Assembly (NCBI RefSeq): GCF_006345805.1
Contig: NC_043005.1
Span: forward strand, 85,188,001-85,252,000
DNA: 64,000 nucleotides
Reading direction: 5' to 3'
Source of the DNA: Octopus sinensis
Taxonomy: Eukaryota
Shown here: positions 38,251 through 50,744 of the stretch, in pieces
Position numbering within the stretch: position 1 is the first letter of the stretch
Layout of the letters: the number at the start of each line of letters is the position of its first letter
Translations under genes and position numbers: made by a program
The notes under the pieces: model-generated
Database searches by the model: none
Told to the model about the DNA's origin: nothing
The model's input: the letters and a program-made list of their open reading frames with translations, nothing else

Positions 38251-39659
38251 TTAGTTATATTTTAACAGGCACTTATTCATATTTCAACAGGCACTATTCC
38301 GTGTCGAGTTCATACTGATACTCCGTTGGTTATGACCAACGTGTTCCAGTTGACCCAGTCAACAGAACCCCCAGCTTGGGAAATTAATGTGCAAGTGGCT
38401 GAGTACTCCACAAACATTCGTACTCTTAATGTAGTTCTCCTGGAGATTCAACATGACAAAGAATGTGACAAGGCTGAACCCTTTGAATTACTGGTACAAC
38501 TCATTTTAGCTGAGTGGGCTGAAGCAACATAAATACAGTGTCTTGCTCAAGGACACAGTGTTACACTGGGAATCGAACTCATGGCTTAACGATCATCAGC
38601 CGAGTACCTCACCACATGCTTTCACTCGAGCACTTCTTTTATGTTTGTTAGTAACAAACTGTAATCTAACTGTAATTAACCGTTCTGCTACACGTGGTTT
38701 CACACGTTTTCTTTGTTTAATGGCTGCATCCCATTTGACACTTAAGTGATTACTTGAGCAATGGAATGGAAGAGAACTGGAAATCTGTCCTGAATGTTTC
38801 CAAGTGAATGACCCCAGCTCAAAGAACCCAATGGTTAACTGGAAGCATTAAATCAGAAGTTACCTTTTATCAATCACCCACACATTTAGTGAAGCGTTGG
38901 TATTTATTCCTGTTGGTATTCGTAAAACAAATGGAAAGTAACCTGAGTAGATTTGAGACCTCCTGAGATCCATTTGTTTGACAATCATTTGTGTAGCCAA
39001 CATGTATCTAGGCTGCCATGTTTTTGCATTCAAAATATTGATTTCTAACATAAGGGCATGGAAACCTTTCTGTCGAAGAATCAAAGTTGATGAGATAAAT
39101 CCAATATTAAGGAAAATCAATAACAAAATCAACTTTGATGACACTTGATCTCAAAACAAAGAAAGCCATTAGCAGCAGCAGCATTTTAACTTCCACTTTT
39201 CCATGCTGGCATGGGTTGGATGGACTTTCATGAAGCACATTTTCTATTGTTAGGTGCTCTTCTTGACACCAAATTTCATCTGTGTGTGTCTGAGCAAAGT
39301 AATCTTTGTAGTAAAGATTGTTTGCCAACATAACATGGTTTAGGTCGAATGTTGGTGTAATTTAGCCCCAGGAGACATCGTCTCCAGCTGGCTATACAAC
39401 ACGATCTGTGTCCTTATATTTTCAAACAAGGGAATCTAGCACCCCAGCTCAGCTCAAAACAATATCTGTGTATCATGATTTCCGTGTTATTTCCCTTCAT
39501 CAACACAGAATAACTGTTCAGCTAGAAGTTAATCTTCTCCCAGAACCAGAGATGTCTCTGCAGAATATTGGAAATAAAATGATACTGATTGTATGACAGT
39601 GGCATTCAGTAGTTTACTACCATTGTGCAATGCCAAGAAAAGGGGAGACAAACACACAG

Positions 39660-39694
<35 letters not shown>

Positions 39695-39710
39695 CATACA
39701 TATATATATA

Positions 39711-39787
<77 letters not shown>

Positions 39788-41309
39788 TCACATGCATTCA
39801 CACATAAACACATTAGCGCACCTGCACACACACACACTCACACACACACATTAACACACACACTCACACACAAGATGGAACCCAACACCACATGTTTGCA
39901 AACCAAACGTCTTAACCACACAGCTGCACCTACACCTTAACACCAAAAAATATACAATGGAAAACTAACAGAAATCACTTTAACCTTTAAACATCAAGTA
40001 AAACTTGTGTGATAAATCTTTGATCCCTACACTCACAAACTGAATCAATCTGATGTGTTTCTGCAGAATTTCCTAATGGTTGACATCACCCCAAAAGCTT
40101 GGATCCTCTCAAAAGCATGACATAAAACATAGACGTAATGTGATGCTCACTAGGACCAGCAAGTTGATAACGACAGGGATCAAACATAATTTATTAACCC
40201 CATGATTATTTGTGAAGAACTTGATGACCACAGGAATTGAACTTGAAGCTGTACGCCTCAAAAGAAGACTTCTTAATTTAGAAATATTATATTTCTAAAT
40301 ATCTCAGAGAGATATAAGCAGTGGTGGCACAATAGAGCAGTTGTATACTGTCAACTTAATGTGACAGTCCCATCAAGGGAATCACACCACCGCTATTTAG
40401 CCCTAGGAAGCAGCAACGCTTCCTGTTGGCCTTGACACATTTCCTGTGTCCTTATGTTTACAAGGGGGAGACAAGCACCCCCATCCAGCTAAGCCTGCAT
40501 CCAGAGACTAGTTTCTGAGTCTTGCTCAGTTTTCCAGATTTCATTTTATGACACTTTAACGTATTACTGACATGTCACAAAATGAAACTGAATCTGGCAA
40601 ATTTTATTTTTGAGATGAAATAACACTCGGGTGATTGAAAGCTCATCTTTATCATTTAACGTCCATGTTCCATACTGGCATGGGTTGGAGAAGTCAACAG
40701 GATTCAATAAGTCTGAAGACTGCATCATGTCACAATGTTAACTTTCTCAAGCGTTTCATGGTTGAATGTCCTTCCTAATACCAACCACTTTGCAATGTCT
40801 TCAGTGTGCTTTTGGGGTTTTCTTTTCATGGCTTCAACACTAATGAGGTCACCATGCAGTCTACAAGACAAGAAACTCCTTTGAATTAGTGGGGTTGCAG
40901 TAGAGAGGGAGGTGGCTTTGTACTATGGAATGGAAAATTAAAGTGTGAGGGAAAGGGCCAGAACTGAATGTGACAATCTTGGACCCTTGAAACACAAACT
41001 GAATTGATCCAATGTGTTTCCACACAATTTTCTAATGGTTAATGTCACCCAGAATGATTGGATCCACTCAAAACGATGGCACTAAAGAGACGCAGAGGTG
41101 CTACATAATTACACACAATATAGAAAAGAAGGTGGAGCCAGAAAGAGGTAAAGATCAGTCATGGTGATGAGGTGTAGGGGTGGACCATCAAAATAGGAGA
41201 GGAAGAGAAGTGAGTAGAGACAATGGGACAGGGAGTCTGGGTGTGTAGATGCTGCAAGAATGAGAAATGGATGGAGACAGAAAATGTGTGAGAGGGTAAA
41301 TATCATTAT

Positions 41310-41760
41310 GCAGAGCAAGTGACTGTGTGGTAAGAAGTCTGCTTTCCAACCACATGGTTCCGGGTTCAATTACCACTGCAGGGCATCTTGGATGAGTATC
41401 TTTTACTATATACATGGGCTGACCAAAGTCTTGTGAGTGAAGTTGGTGGACAGAAACTGAATGAAGCCTGTCACATATATATATATGTGTGTGTGTGTGT
41501 TTGTCTTTGTTCCTGTGTTCATCTCCACAACCACTTGACAACTGGTGATGGTGTGTTTATGTTCCCATAACTTGGCTGTTTGGCAAAAAAAAAGAGCCCA
41601 ATAGAATAAGAACCAGATTTATTAAAAAAAACCCCAAAAAACCCCAAAAAACAAGTACTGGGGTTGATTCATTCAACTGAAATATACTTCAAGCTGGTGC
41701 TCCAGCATGGCCGCAGTCTAATGACCGAAACAAGTAGAAGATAAAAGATACAAGATAAAG
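41310..41760 (+). mobile_element. SINE family A, full length
   Basis: Head, body, and tail ggtgctccagcatggccgcagtctaatgaccgaaac followed by (agataaa)n. Confidence 0.85.
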
Positions 41761-42230
41761 TGTTGAGGGATGATAGGTACTGAAGGCAAGGGAGAGTAGG
41801 TGACAACTGTAAAGATTTGATTAAATGTGACAGAGCAGCATGTGAAATTAGGTTTAATTGATCGTTTATTTATATTGTCATTTTCTTTATTTCTTTTGTT
41901 CATTTCATGTTTGCTGAAATGAATAAGATTTTAATTAACAGAAGAAAAGCTGTTGAAAGGTAATTGTGAAAATTAACAGAATGCAACAGGATCTGATGAA
42001 ATTACTCAAAAATCTAATGCTGAAGATTTCTGTATTATTGGTGAAGAAACCTGCAGAAATATTTCTAAAGCCTTTTTTCTTTCTTTATCCAATGAAAAAT
42101 TATGTGAAATTACATTTCAGAATTTTTTGGTGATGAAAGGAAATTGTTATCTCCTTATTGTTTCTTTGGTAAAATATACTTGCAGATGTAAGTATGGAGC
42201 TAAATGAACTAAAATGCAATTTTATATCAC

Positions 42231-42267
<37 letters not shown>

Positions 42268-42277
42268 GTCGTCGTCG

Positions 42278-42315
<38 letters not shown>

Positions 42316-42316
42316 G

Positions 42317-42360
<44 letters not shown>

Positions 42361-42754
42361 GTTATCATCGCCATTGTTGTCATCATCTTCATCATCCTCA
42401 TTGTAATTATCATCATCGTCATCATCATCACCATCATCATTGCTGTCATCATGTTGTCGTCGTTGTCATTGTCGTCGTCACCATCGTCATGTTGTCATCG
42501 TTGTCATCATCATAATCATAATCATCACCATCATCACCATTGTCTTTATTGTCGTTGTCACCACCGTCTTCATCCTCATCCCTGTTTAATGTCTTTTTTC
42601 CATGCTGGCATGAGTTGGATGGTTTGACAGCAACTGGCAAGCCAGAAAGCTACACCAGGCTCCGTTTGTCCGAGTGAACTGGGTGCTTTTCATGTGGCAC
42701 ATACCAAATGACATGAATGTTGTGAGTAAAGAGGTTGAAAAAAATTCACCAAGT

Positions 42755-43515
42755 GCTCCAAATTGAAAGTGGAAATGGAAAGACTGTATGGAATGCAAGA
42801 GGGTAATGTAAAAGTGATACCATTGGTGATCAGAGTATTGGGCTCAATCTCATTGAAACTTCAAGACTTCTTAAGGCAACTGGAAATCCCGTGCAAGATT
42901 GATGTCTTGCAAAAAGCAGCCTTAATGGGCGGGCGCACATCTTAAGGAAAGTATCATCTGTCAGAGGTCCTTGTTGGTGATTTGACAGATGACTAAAGAC
43001 TCTGGTGCAGTGCTATCTACACTGTGTTATGAAGGAATAATAATAATAATAATAATAGCAAAAGTAATAATGGAATTTGGAATCAAGAAGTGCGGAGTAG
43101 TCTACCTAAAAAGAAGCAAGGTACAGTCCCTAGCAGGGATAGAATTACTGAATAGAGATTTGATTAGAGTGCAGTGAGTTAATGGAAAAGAAAATGAAAG
43201 AACAACTGAGGACGGAGTATTTCCGAAGACTGAAGTTGGTGTTACAATCAAAATTTTACTGGATGGAATGAAATCCAAGCAGTTAATATGAGGGCGAAAG
43301 CATCACTTCGGTATGGAGCAGGAATTATTAAATGGAAAACGAGAGAAGTGAAGAAATTGGATACCAAGACCAGAACAATGTTGACAGTACATAGAGCCTT
43401 CCACCCTAAGAGTGACACCGATAGATTGTACTTGTCCAGAGGAAAGGGTGGGAGAGGTTTGATCAGTTGTTTGGACTGTATTGAAGCAGAGGAAATCAGC
43501 CTAGGGTTGTATATA
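42755..43515 (+). mobile_element. Two R4/Dong-type fragments separated by (TAA)n
   Basis: 42763-42945 reads VIPLVIRVLGSI...LQKAALMG; 43058-43515 reads MEFGIKKC and HPKSDTDRLYLSRGKGGRGL. Confidence 0.7.
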
Positions 43516-44392
43516 AAAATGATGATTTTGATAGTGATGATGATGATGATGATGATAATGATGATAATGAAGATGATGAAAATGTTGATAAAGATGATAA
43601 GACCAGTCATTTGTGTGGGGGCAGCAAGTCAATCACATGGACCCCCAGTGACTCACTGGTACTTTATTATATTTACCCTGAGAGGACAAAAGGTGATGTT
43701 GACTTCAGTGAGATTTGAACTCAGAATATAAAGAGTTGGAGGAAGAAATGGCATTAAGCATTTTGTACGATGTGCTAACGACTCGACAAGCTCACTGCTA
43801 TAACAACAACAGCTACAACAACAAAAACAACAACAATAAAAAAATTAAAATTATAACAAAAACAAAAAAAAAATAATGATAATTATTATTATTATAACAA
43901 TGGTGGCAATGATAACGACAATGATTACAATTATTATGATGTTGATGATGATGATGGTGATGATGATGATGACGATGATAATCACAGCAACAATGACAAT
44001 AAAGTCAGTGATGATGATGGCGACAATGGTAGTGATGGTGGTGATGATGACAACCACATTAACAAAAATGATGATAGTGATGGTGATGCTGGTGAACATT
44101 AACCCTGATGGTGATAATGATTTTGGGGGCATAACGATGTTGATGGTTATACTACAAACGATACAAACACCAGTAATGGTGATTTTAACACTGACGATCT
44201 TCCAGTGATTAATTAACACAAACATCAAAGTGGAAAGAGTTAGTCATGACACACATGCATAGAATTGTGCCATTAGATAGTAGAGATTAGCAGAGAATGG
44301 GAAGAAAAAAGACAAAGAAAAAGCCCTGAAATCAACCAATAATATGTAAATACAGCATGTGTTATCTGAGGGACAAAACGTTGAAACACATC

Positions 44393-44437
<45 letters not shown>

Positions 44438-44894
44438 TATATATACATGCATATATATATATATGTGTGTATATATATATATATAAGTGTAGTGGGTGTT
44501 TTACCTGTCACCAGCGTGAGGGCTAGTTCAGTGGCACTGGCAATGCCCTCACTCGAATGTTTTTCACGTACCACCTGCACAAGTGCCAGTAAGGTGGTGC
44601 TGGTAACGATCACGGTCGAATAGTGCTTTTTATGTGCCACCAGCAGAGGGGTCAGTCAGTGGCCCTGCCAACGATCATGCTCAGATGGTGCTCTTAGCAC
44701 TCCAATAGCATGGATGCCAGTCATGCGGTGCTGTCATCGAATTTGATTTTGATTAGATATATATATATATACATATATATGCATATAAAAATACATGTAT
44801 GTACATTCATCTAGGAGTATATATATATTTGCAAATATATATATATATACGTATAGATGTATGTACATACACGTATTTTTATATGCATATATAT

Positions 44895-45265
44895 GGTGGT
44901 TACGACGATGAGGGTTCCAGTTGATCTGATCAATGGAACAGCCTGCTTGTGAAATTAACATATAAGTGGCTGAGTACTTCACAGACACATGTACCTTTAA
45001 TGTAGTTCTCAGGGAGATTCAGCATTACACAAAGTATGACAAGGCTGGCCCTTTCAATTACAGGTACAACACAAACAGGAAGAAAGATTGAGAGGAAGTT
45101 ATGGTGCAAGAGTACAGTAGGGTTTCCCAACATCCTCTGTCGGAGCCACGTGGGGCTTTACGTGTTTTCACCCAATAAACACTCACAATGCCTGGTCTGG
45201 GATATGAAACTGCAATCTCACAACTGCAAGTGTGCTACCTTAACCACTGGGCCATTGCACCTCCA
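44895..45265 (-). mobile_element. tRNA-derived SINE, family C; related copy at about 38295-38620(-)
   Basis: Reverse complement begins gcaatggcccagtggttaag (A box). The 3' body tactcagccactt...ttaattt...aactggaac is shared with 38330-38500. Confidence 0.65.
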
Positions 45266-45301
<36 letters not shown>

Positions 45302-45381
45302 GGTCCCGGGTTGATTCGGGGTTAACCACAGTAAATAAGGTACTCAATACATAGCAGAGTAAAATTAATTTATTATATAGA

Positions 45382-45434
45382 AGGAGCTTCTACAGGACTA
45401 GAACTGTTTCATTCAAGAGAAATCTTCAGGAGCT
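45382..45434 (-). ncRNA. Second hammerhead copy on the opposite strand, head-to-head with 45428-45484
   Basis: Reverse complement reads agctc-CTGAAGA-tttctcttgaat-GAAA-cag ttctagtc ctg-TA-gaagct. Stem I has one bulge. Confidence 0.65.
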
Positions 45435-45484
45435 TCCTGAAGATTTCTCTTGAATGAAACAGTTCTAGCCCTGTAGAAGCTCCT
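45428..45484 (+). ncRNA. Type I hammerhead ribozyme motif
   Basis: aggagcttc-CTGAAGA-t ttc tctt gaa t-GAAA-cag ttctagcc ctg-TA-gaagctcct. 9-bp stem I, complete stem III, GUA site. Confidence 0.8.
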
Positions 45485-45492
45485 TCTATATA

Positions 45493-45552
<60 letters not shown>

Positions 45553-45909
45553 GAATAGTGGCACCAATATATATTCTTTTATTCTTCTATTCTTTTATTT
45601 GTTTCAGTCATGTGAGAGCGACCATGCTGAAGCACTGCCTTTAGTCAAACAAATTGGCCATAGGACTTATTCTTTGTAATCCTTGTACTTATTCTATTGG
45701 TCTCATTTGCCGAACTGCTAAGTTACAGGGACGTAAACACACCAACATCGGTCGTCAAGTGATGGTGGGCGGAGGACAAACACAAACACACACACATATA
45801 TTGTTGTATTTGGAGATGGTCATGTTGCCAGTTTAGCCGATAAAAACACTCACACACTGTATATTTGGTGTTAACTTGCTTCAGCTTTATTTTATATTAA
45901 TTGTATTTC

Positions 45910-45952
45910 GTCCAGAGTTCTTTCGTCACACATCTGTGACCTCATCAGTGGT
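45910..45952 (-). ncRNA. Type I hammerhead motif in a probable Penelope-type remnant (about 45800-46290)
   Basis: Reverse complement: acca-CTGATGA-g-gtcaca gatg tgtgac-GAAA-gaac-TC-tggac. 6-bp stem II, minimal stem III. A decayed relative lies at about 27825-27860. Confidence 0.7.
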
Positions 45953-46065
45953 CCTCTGCTTTCTTCTTTCTTTTTTTTTGTGTCTCTCCTTACTAACGGT
46001 CAGCCATTTTGTATTTTGTATTCCTATTTTATGTGTCTTTATTTGTGCATGCGTATACCTCTATG

Positions 46066-46500
46066 TGTGTCTTTGTTTAGCAAGTGTGTGTGTGTGTGGG
46101 CAGCAATGTACTTGCATTATCAGTATCCTTTGTTTATACACGTTTGTTTAATTTACCTTTATTTATTTTATTCATTTGTTTATATCTAATTACTTTTCCT
46201 TTTCTTTCTATATATTTTTTGTATTTAATTTGATTTATTTTGTTAATGTATATAGTCATTTCATTACATTTATTTATCTGTGAATTGTATTATATATATA
46301 TATATATACATAATACAATTCACAGATAAATAAATAAATTCAAGTAAATTAAATAGAAATAAAAGCAGAAAAGAAAAAGTAAGTAGATATAAACAAATGA
46401 ACAAAAAATAAAAGTAAATTAAATGAAAGTGTATAAACAGGGGGTACTGCTAATGCAGGCACATCCCTCCACACACACACACTTACTAAACATAAACACA
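46066..46500. repeat. Diverged long inverted repeat centred on (TA)n
   Basis: Perfect inner arms tttatttatctgtgaattgtatta / taatacaattcacagataaataaa; outer arms alignable but diverged. Confidence 0.75.
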
Positions 46501-47098
46501 GTCAGGTGTCTTTCGACTAAGGATGAATTAAATTAAGCTGGCGTGTGTGGGAGTTAATGTCTTGTTTGTATTTGTAATTGTGTACCAATTCTCCGTTTTT
46601 TCTATCCTTGTTTATGTATGCATTCAGTTGCTTTCTTCCAAGGAATCTGGTGCTCTTAGCTTAGATTTTCTTGGGGTCGTCCAGATTGGAGCAGTCTCGT
46701 GTGTAACTGGCTGAAACTGCGAAGATAATCTGGAACTCACCTGACAATAGAATGCTCTGAATGACCCGTCCTTGTTTTTTCCTCTCCTTTTTGTATGGCC
46801 TAACTTTCTGGACGTTTTGTTGTTACCTGTTAATTTTTGTTCCATTTTTTTTATATATATACATCTTGTGGCATATGTACACTCATGGTCTCCTATATAT
46901 ATATATTATATATATATATAATATATATATATTAATATTAATATTATAAATGTTTGATTTGTTATGACATTTTTAGAATAGTAATTATAAGATATTTAAT
47001 TAATTTCTCTGTGGTTATTATAGTTAATATCTTTTCACTATTGATGGAATAACTAAATAGCAGTTTGTCTCTATATTCTCTCTCTCTCTATGTGTATA

Positions 47099-47134
<36 letters not shown>

Positions 47135-47240
47135 TTTATATATATATATATATATATATACATACAAACTTACCGACACAAATATAAATGCTTGTGAGTA
47201 TGTGTGCTGATATATACATATATCTATATCCATCTATCTA

Positions 47241-47357
<117 letters not shown>

Positions 47358-47589
47358 ATATATAATATATATATATATTATATATATATATATATATATA
47401 GATAAGAAAGTTTGTTTGGTAAAGCACATGGGTGAATATATAAGAAAATGGTAAAGAGTGAAAAAACGACAGAAGGCTTAAATGCTAAAAAATATATATA
47501 TTTGTGTCAAAATGTCTGGAGAATATTGGAAAAATTTTTTTCCTTTCCTTAAAATGACATAATTTTATAATTTTTAAAGAAAATTTTTA

Positions 47590-47628
47590 AAGAAATACCG
47601 GTTTCGCGTGTAGCTTTTCAAATTTCTT
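47590..47628 (-). ncRNA. Same hammerhead-like motif in the inverted Penelope arm
   Basis: Exact reverse complement of 50471-50509. Confidence 0.7.
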
Positions 47629-47762
47629 GTGACGTTATGTTTATATTGCATGGAGTTGTCGTTGTGTTTATTTTCAGGAGATTTCTAAATAAGGGGAGGT
47701 AGTGAGTGATTTCTTCCGGTGTAAGGGAGATAATCGCTTAAAAATTTTTTTCCTTTCCCTTG

Positions 47763-48594
47763 TTAATTTCTCTGTGTCAGTATGTTCGGATGGTTGAGTC
47801 TGGGTTTGTACTTTTCAATGAAGAATGTTTCCTTGTTCAGTCTCATTTGTGTTGATGATCCGAAAGCACATTGGTAAAATGGGAAGATTAAAAATTGTGG
47901 CAGTAGTTGCTTTGCGCATTTCTCAATGTGCTCACTAAAAGGTATCATTCTATATTCTGGGAATGCAATCTGTTGTCGATGCAGTGCGCATCTACGCCTG
48001 AGTGATTGTCCCGTGGAACCCACGTAGTCTTGGTGGCAGCCCGAGCATTTAATGACATAAATTATGTTTTCAGAGGCACAAGTAAAGTTAGATTTGATCT
48101 TGAATTTCTGTCCCTCTTTAAAGAAGAATTCTGATCCTTCCAATAGGTTAGGACATGTTGCACAGTTCGATCTACCACATTTTTTTACTTTTGCATCCGT
48201 AATTTCAGAAGACAATTTAGCCTTTGTGAGAATCTTTTTAAGTGATTTAGGCTGTTTGTAGCTTTTAATGATTTGGTGTATGTTTAGAATTTCCTTTAAT
48301 TTTGGGTTTTTATGAAGTATTGGTAAATTCTGGGTGATGATGGTGAAGGCTTCTTTGTTTCTGGGGTTGTATGTAGATATGTAAGGTAGTATTTTCGGGG
48401 AAGGTGTGTTGTTGTGTTGAACTTTTCTTAAAGTTTCTATGTTGATTTCTGTTGCACATCTGATCCCATCCTCTATGAGTTGAGCTGGGTAATGTCTGTC
48501 AATTAGGGTGTTTTTGAGTTCTTGCAGTCTAAAGTTCCTGGTATTTTGTTCTGACACTATTGTGCATATCCTTCTTGCAAGGTTGAAGGGGATG
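47763..48594 (-). pseudogene. Inverted partial copy of the Penelope ORF (thumb, linker and GIY-YIG only)
   Basis: ORF 47763..48557(-) is nearly identical to the C-terminal 264 aa of the + ORF (for example GIRCATEI vs GIRRATEI). It lacks the RT catalytic core. Confidence 0.92.
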
Positions 48595-48596
48595 AA

Positions 48597-50333
48597 AAGG
48601 AACTGACAACCAAAGAGATTGACTTCCTAACAAACTTTAAATGCAAACCTAGCCTTTTCTATGGTCTGCCAAAAATTCATAAAAGTCAAATTATAAATGA
48701 AACCATTAAAAAATCACCAAAGACATACATACACACACCTAATCCGGGGGACCTAAAACTACGACCCATTGTAGCTGGCCCAACCTGTGAAACACACAGA
48801 CTAAGTCTACTTATGGACATCCTCCTGAAACCCTTCCTTAAACATATCGATAGCCATATCAGAGATGACTTAGATATGTTAAACCACCTTCCAAAAAAAA
48901 CCAAGGAAGAAACAATCCTGGTCTCATTTGATGTAGTCAACTTGTATACCAGTATACCTCATAATTATGGACTGGAGGCAATACAGTTCTTGTTAGACCA
49001 ATTTCCGGAAGAAATACCAAAAAGGATCAGTAAGGAATTCATTACTAAATCAATTGAATTCATCCTACACAATAACCACTTCATGTCTGACAATACATTT
49101 TACCGTCAAAAATCCGGAATTGCTATGGGTACAAGGGCAGCACCAGTCATTGCGAACTTAACAATGGGATACATGGAAATAATCATTTACCAGGAATCTC
49201 TATCAATCTTTGGAAACTCCCTCTCTCAATACATAAAAGAGAATTGGAAACGATTCCTAGACGATTGTTTCATTCTCTGGAATGAAAACATAGATAAACT
49301 CCTAAAATTTAAAAACCTATTGAACAGCATAAACCCAAATATACAGTTCACAATGGAATACAACCAAAAGGAGCTCCCATTCTTGGATATACTAATTAAA
49401 AAAATTAACCTTAAAATAGAAACAGACATTTTTTACAAAGCCACAGACGCCAAACAATACCTTCTTTTTAATTCATGCCACCCAAGACACACTAAAACAA
49501 ACATATGCTTCAACCTTGCAAGAAGGATATGCACAATAGTGTCAGAACAAAATACCAGGAACTTTAGACTGCAAGAACTCAAAAACACCCTAATTGACAG
49601 ACATTACCCAGCTCAACTCATAGAGGATGGGATCAGACGTGCAACAGAAATCAACATAGAAACTTTAAGAAAAGTTCAACACAACAACACACCTTCCCCG
49701 AAAATACTACCTTACATATCTACATACAACCCCAGAAACAAAGAAGCCTTCACCATCATCACCCAGAATTTACCAATACTTCATAAAAACCCAAAATTAA
49801 AGGAAATTCTAAACATACACCAAATCATTAAAAGCTACAAACAGCCTAAATCACTTAAAAAGATTCTCACAAAGGCAAAATTGTCTTCTGAAATTACGGA
49901 TGCAAAAGTAAAAAAATGTGGTAGATCGAACTGTGCAACATGTCCTAACCTATTGGAAGGATCAGAATTCTTCTTTAAAGAGGGACAGAAATTCAAGATC
50001 AAATCTAACTTTACTTGTGCCTCTGAAAACATAATTTATGTCATTAAATGCTCGGGCTGCCACCAAGACTACGTGGGTTCCACGGGACAATCACTCAGGC
50101 GTAGATGCGCACTGCATCGACAACAGATTGCATTCCCAGAATATAGAATGATACCTTTTAGTGAGCACATTGAGAAATGCGCAAAGCAACTACTGCCACA
50201 ATTTTTAATCTTCCCATTTTACCAATGTGCTTTCGGATCATCAACACAAATGAGACTGAACAAGGAAACATTCTTCATTGAAAAGTACAAACCCAGACTC
50301 AACCATCCGAACATACTGACACAGAGAAATTAA
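48597..50333 (+). CDS. Penelope-like reverse transcriptase plus GIY-YIG endonuclease; 5'-truncated, with the frame open upstream of the Met at 48813
   Basis: In-frame motifs FYGLPKIHK and LRPIVAG (upstream of the track ORF), then SFDVVNLYTSIPH, QKSGIAMG, RFLDD, LPFLD, SCHP, linker CGRSNCATC and endonuclease IIYVIKC..CHQDYVG. No internal stop. Confidence 0.95.
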   Translation, partial: KELTTKEIDFLTNFKCKPSLFYGLPKIHKSQIINETIKKSPKTYIHTPNPGDLKLRPIVAGPTCETHRLSLLMDILLKPFLKHIDSHIRDDLDMLNHLPKKTKEETILVSFDVVNLYTSIPHNYGLEAIQFLLDQFPEEIPKRISKEFITKSIEFILHNNHFMSDNTFYRQKSGIAMGTRAAPVIANLTMGYMEIIIYQESLSIFGNSLSQYIKENWKRFLDDCFILWNENIDKLLKFKNLLNSINPNIQFTMEYNQKELPFLDILIKKINLKIETDIFYKATDAKQYLLFNSCHPRHTKTNICFNLARRICTIVSEQNTRNFRLQELKNTLIDRHYPAQLIEDGIRRATEINIETLRKVQHNNTPSPKILPYISTYNPRNKEAFTIITQNLPILHKNPKLKEILNIHQIIKSYKQPKSLKKILTKAKLSSEITDAKVKKCGRSNCATCPNLLEGSEFFFKEGQKFKIKSNFTCASENIIYVIKCSGCHQDYVGSTGQSLRRRCALHRQQIAFPEYRMIPFSEHIEKCAKQLLPQFLIFPFYQCAFGSSTQMRLNKETFFIEKYKPRLNHPNILTQRN

Positions 50334-50470
50334 CAAGGGAAAAACCAAAAAAAATTTTTGAGCGATTATCTCCCTTACACCGGAAGAAATCACTCACTAC
50401 CTCCCCTTATTTAGAAATCTCCTGAAAATAAATACAACGATAACTCCATGCAATATAAACATAACGTCAG

Positions 50471-50509
50471 AAGAAATTTGAAAAGCTACACGCGAAACCG
50501 GTATTTCTT
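50471..50509 (+). ncRNA. Minimal type I hammerhead-like motif (U3-A8 core variant) in the Penelope 3' UTR
   Basis: aagaaa-t-TTGAAAA-gc tacac gc-GAAA-ccgg-TA-tttctt. Stem I aagaaa/tttctt, palindromic stem III ACCGGT, one extra U before the core. Confidence 0.7.
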
Positions 50510-50654
50510 TAAAAATTTTCTTTAAAAATTATAAAATTATGTCATTTTAAGGAAAGGAAAAAAATTTTTCCAATATTCTCCAGACATTTTGACACAAATA
50601 TATATATTTTTTAGCATTTAAGCCTTCTGTCGTTTTTTCACTCTTTACCATTTT

Positions 50655-50713
<59 letters not shown>

Positions 50714-50744
50714 GCATATATGTATATATAAATATTAATGGGAT

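Larger units (their letters stand above)
47401..50660 (+). mobile_element. Penelope-like retroelement (probably Neptune group), 5'-truncated, with an inverted copy of its 3' half at the 5' end
   Basis: 47437-48594 is the near-identical reverse complement of about 49501-50660. The + copy carries an uninterrupted RT/GIY-YIG frame. Both ends abut (TA)n, and each 3' UTR holds a hammerhead-like motif. Confidence 0.95.

Noticed and set aside
40005-41100. Diverged direct repeats (40005-40140 and 40970-41100) as LTRs
   Set aside because: No TG..CA ends, PBS or PPT. The - strand reads FSLCFKGPRL, like a CR1/L2-type C-terminal remnant, but is too decayed to call.
42121-42187. Possible host exon (ttacatttcag...gat/gtaagt); similar candidates ending at about 56270(+) and about 38864(-)
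   Set aside because: Splice-like signals only; the short translations match nothing I recognise and no gene model can be built without RNA-seq.
46680-46760. Type II/III hammerhead (gcagtc...gaaactgc; CTGATGA in the relative at about 55060)
   Set aside because: Core elements cannot be placed in a consistent topology in both copies.
48597-50333. Naiad-type selenoprotein Penelope, telomerase or domesticated host gene
   Set aside because: The endonuclease is C-terminal, there is no in-frame TGA, and the ORF is 5'-truncated within an inverted-repeat insertion.
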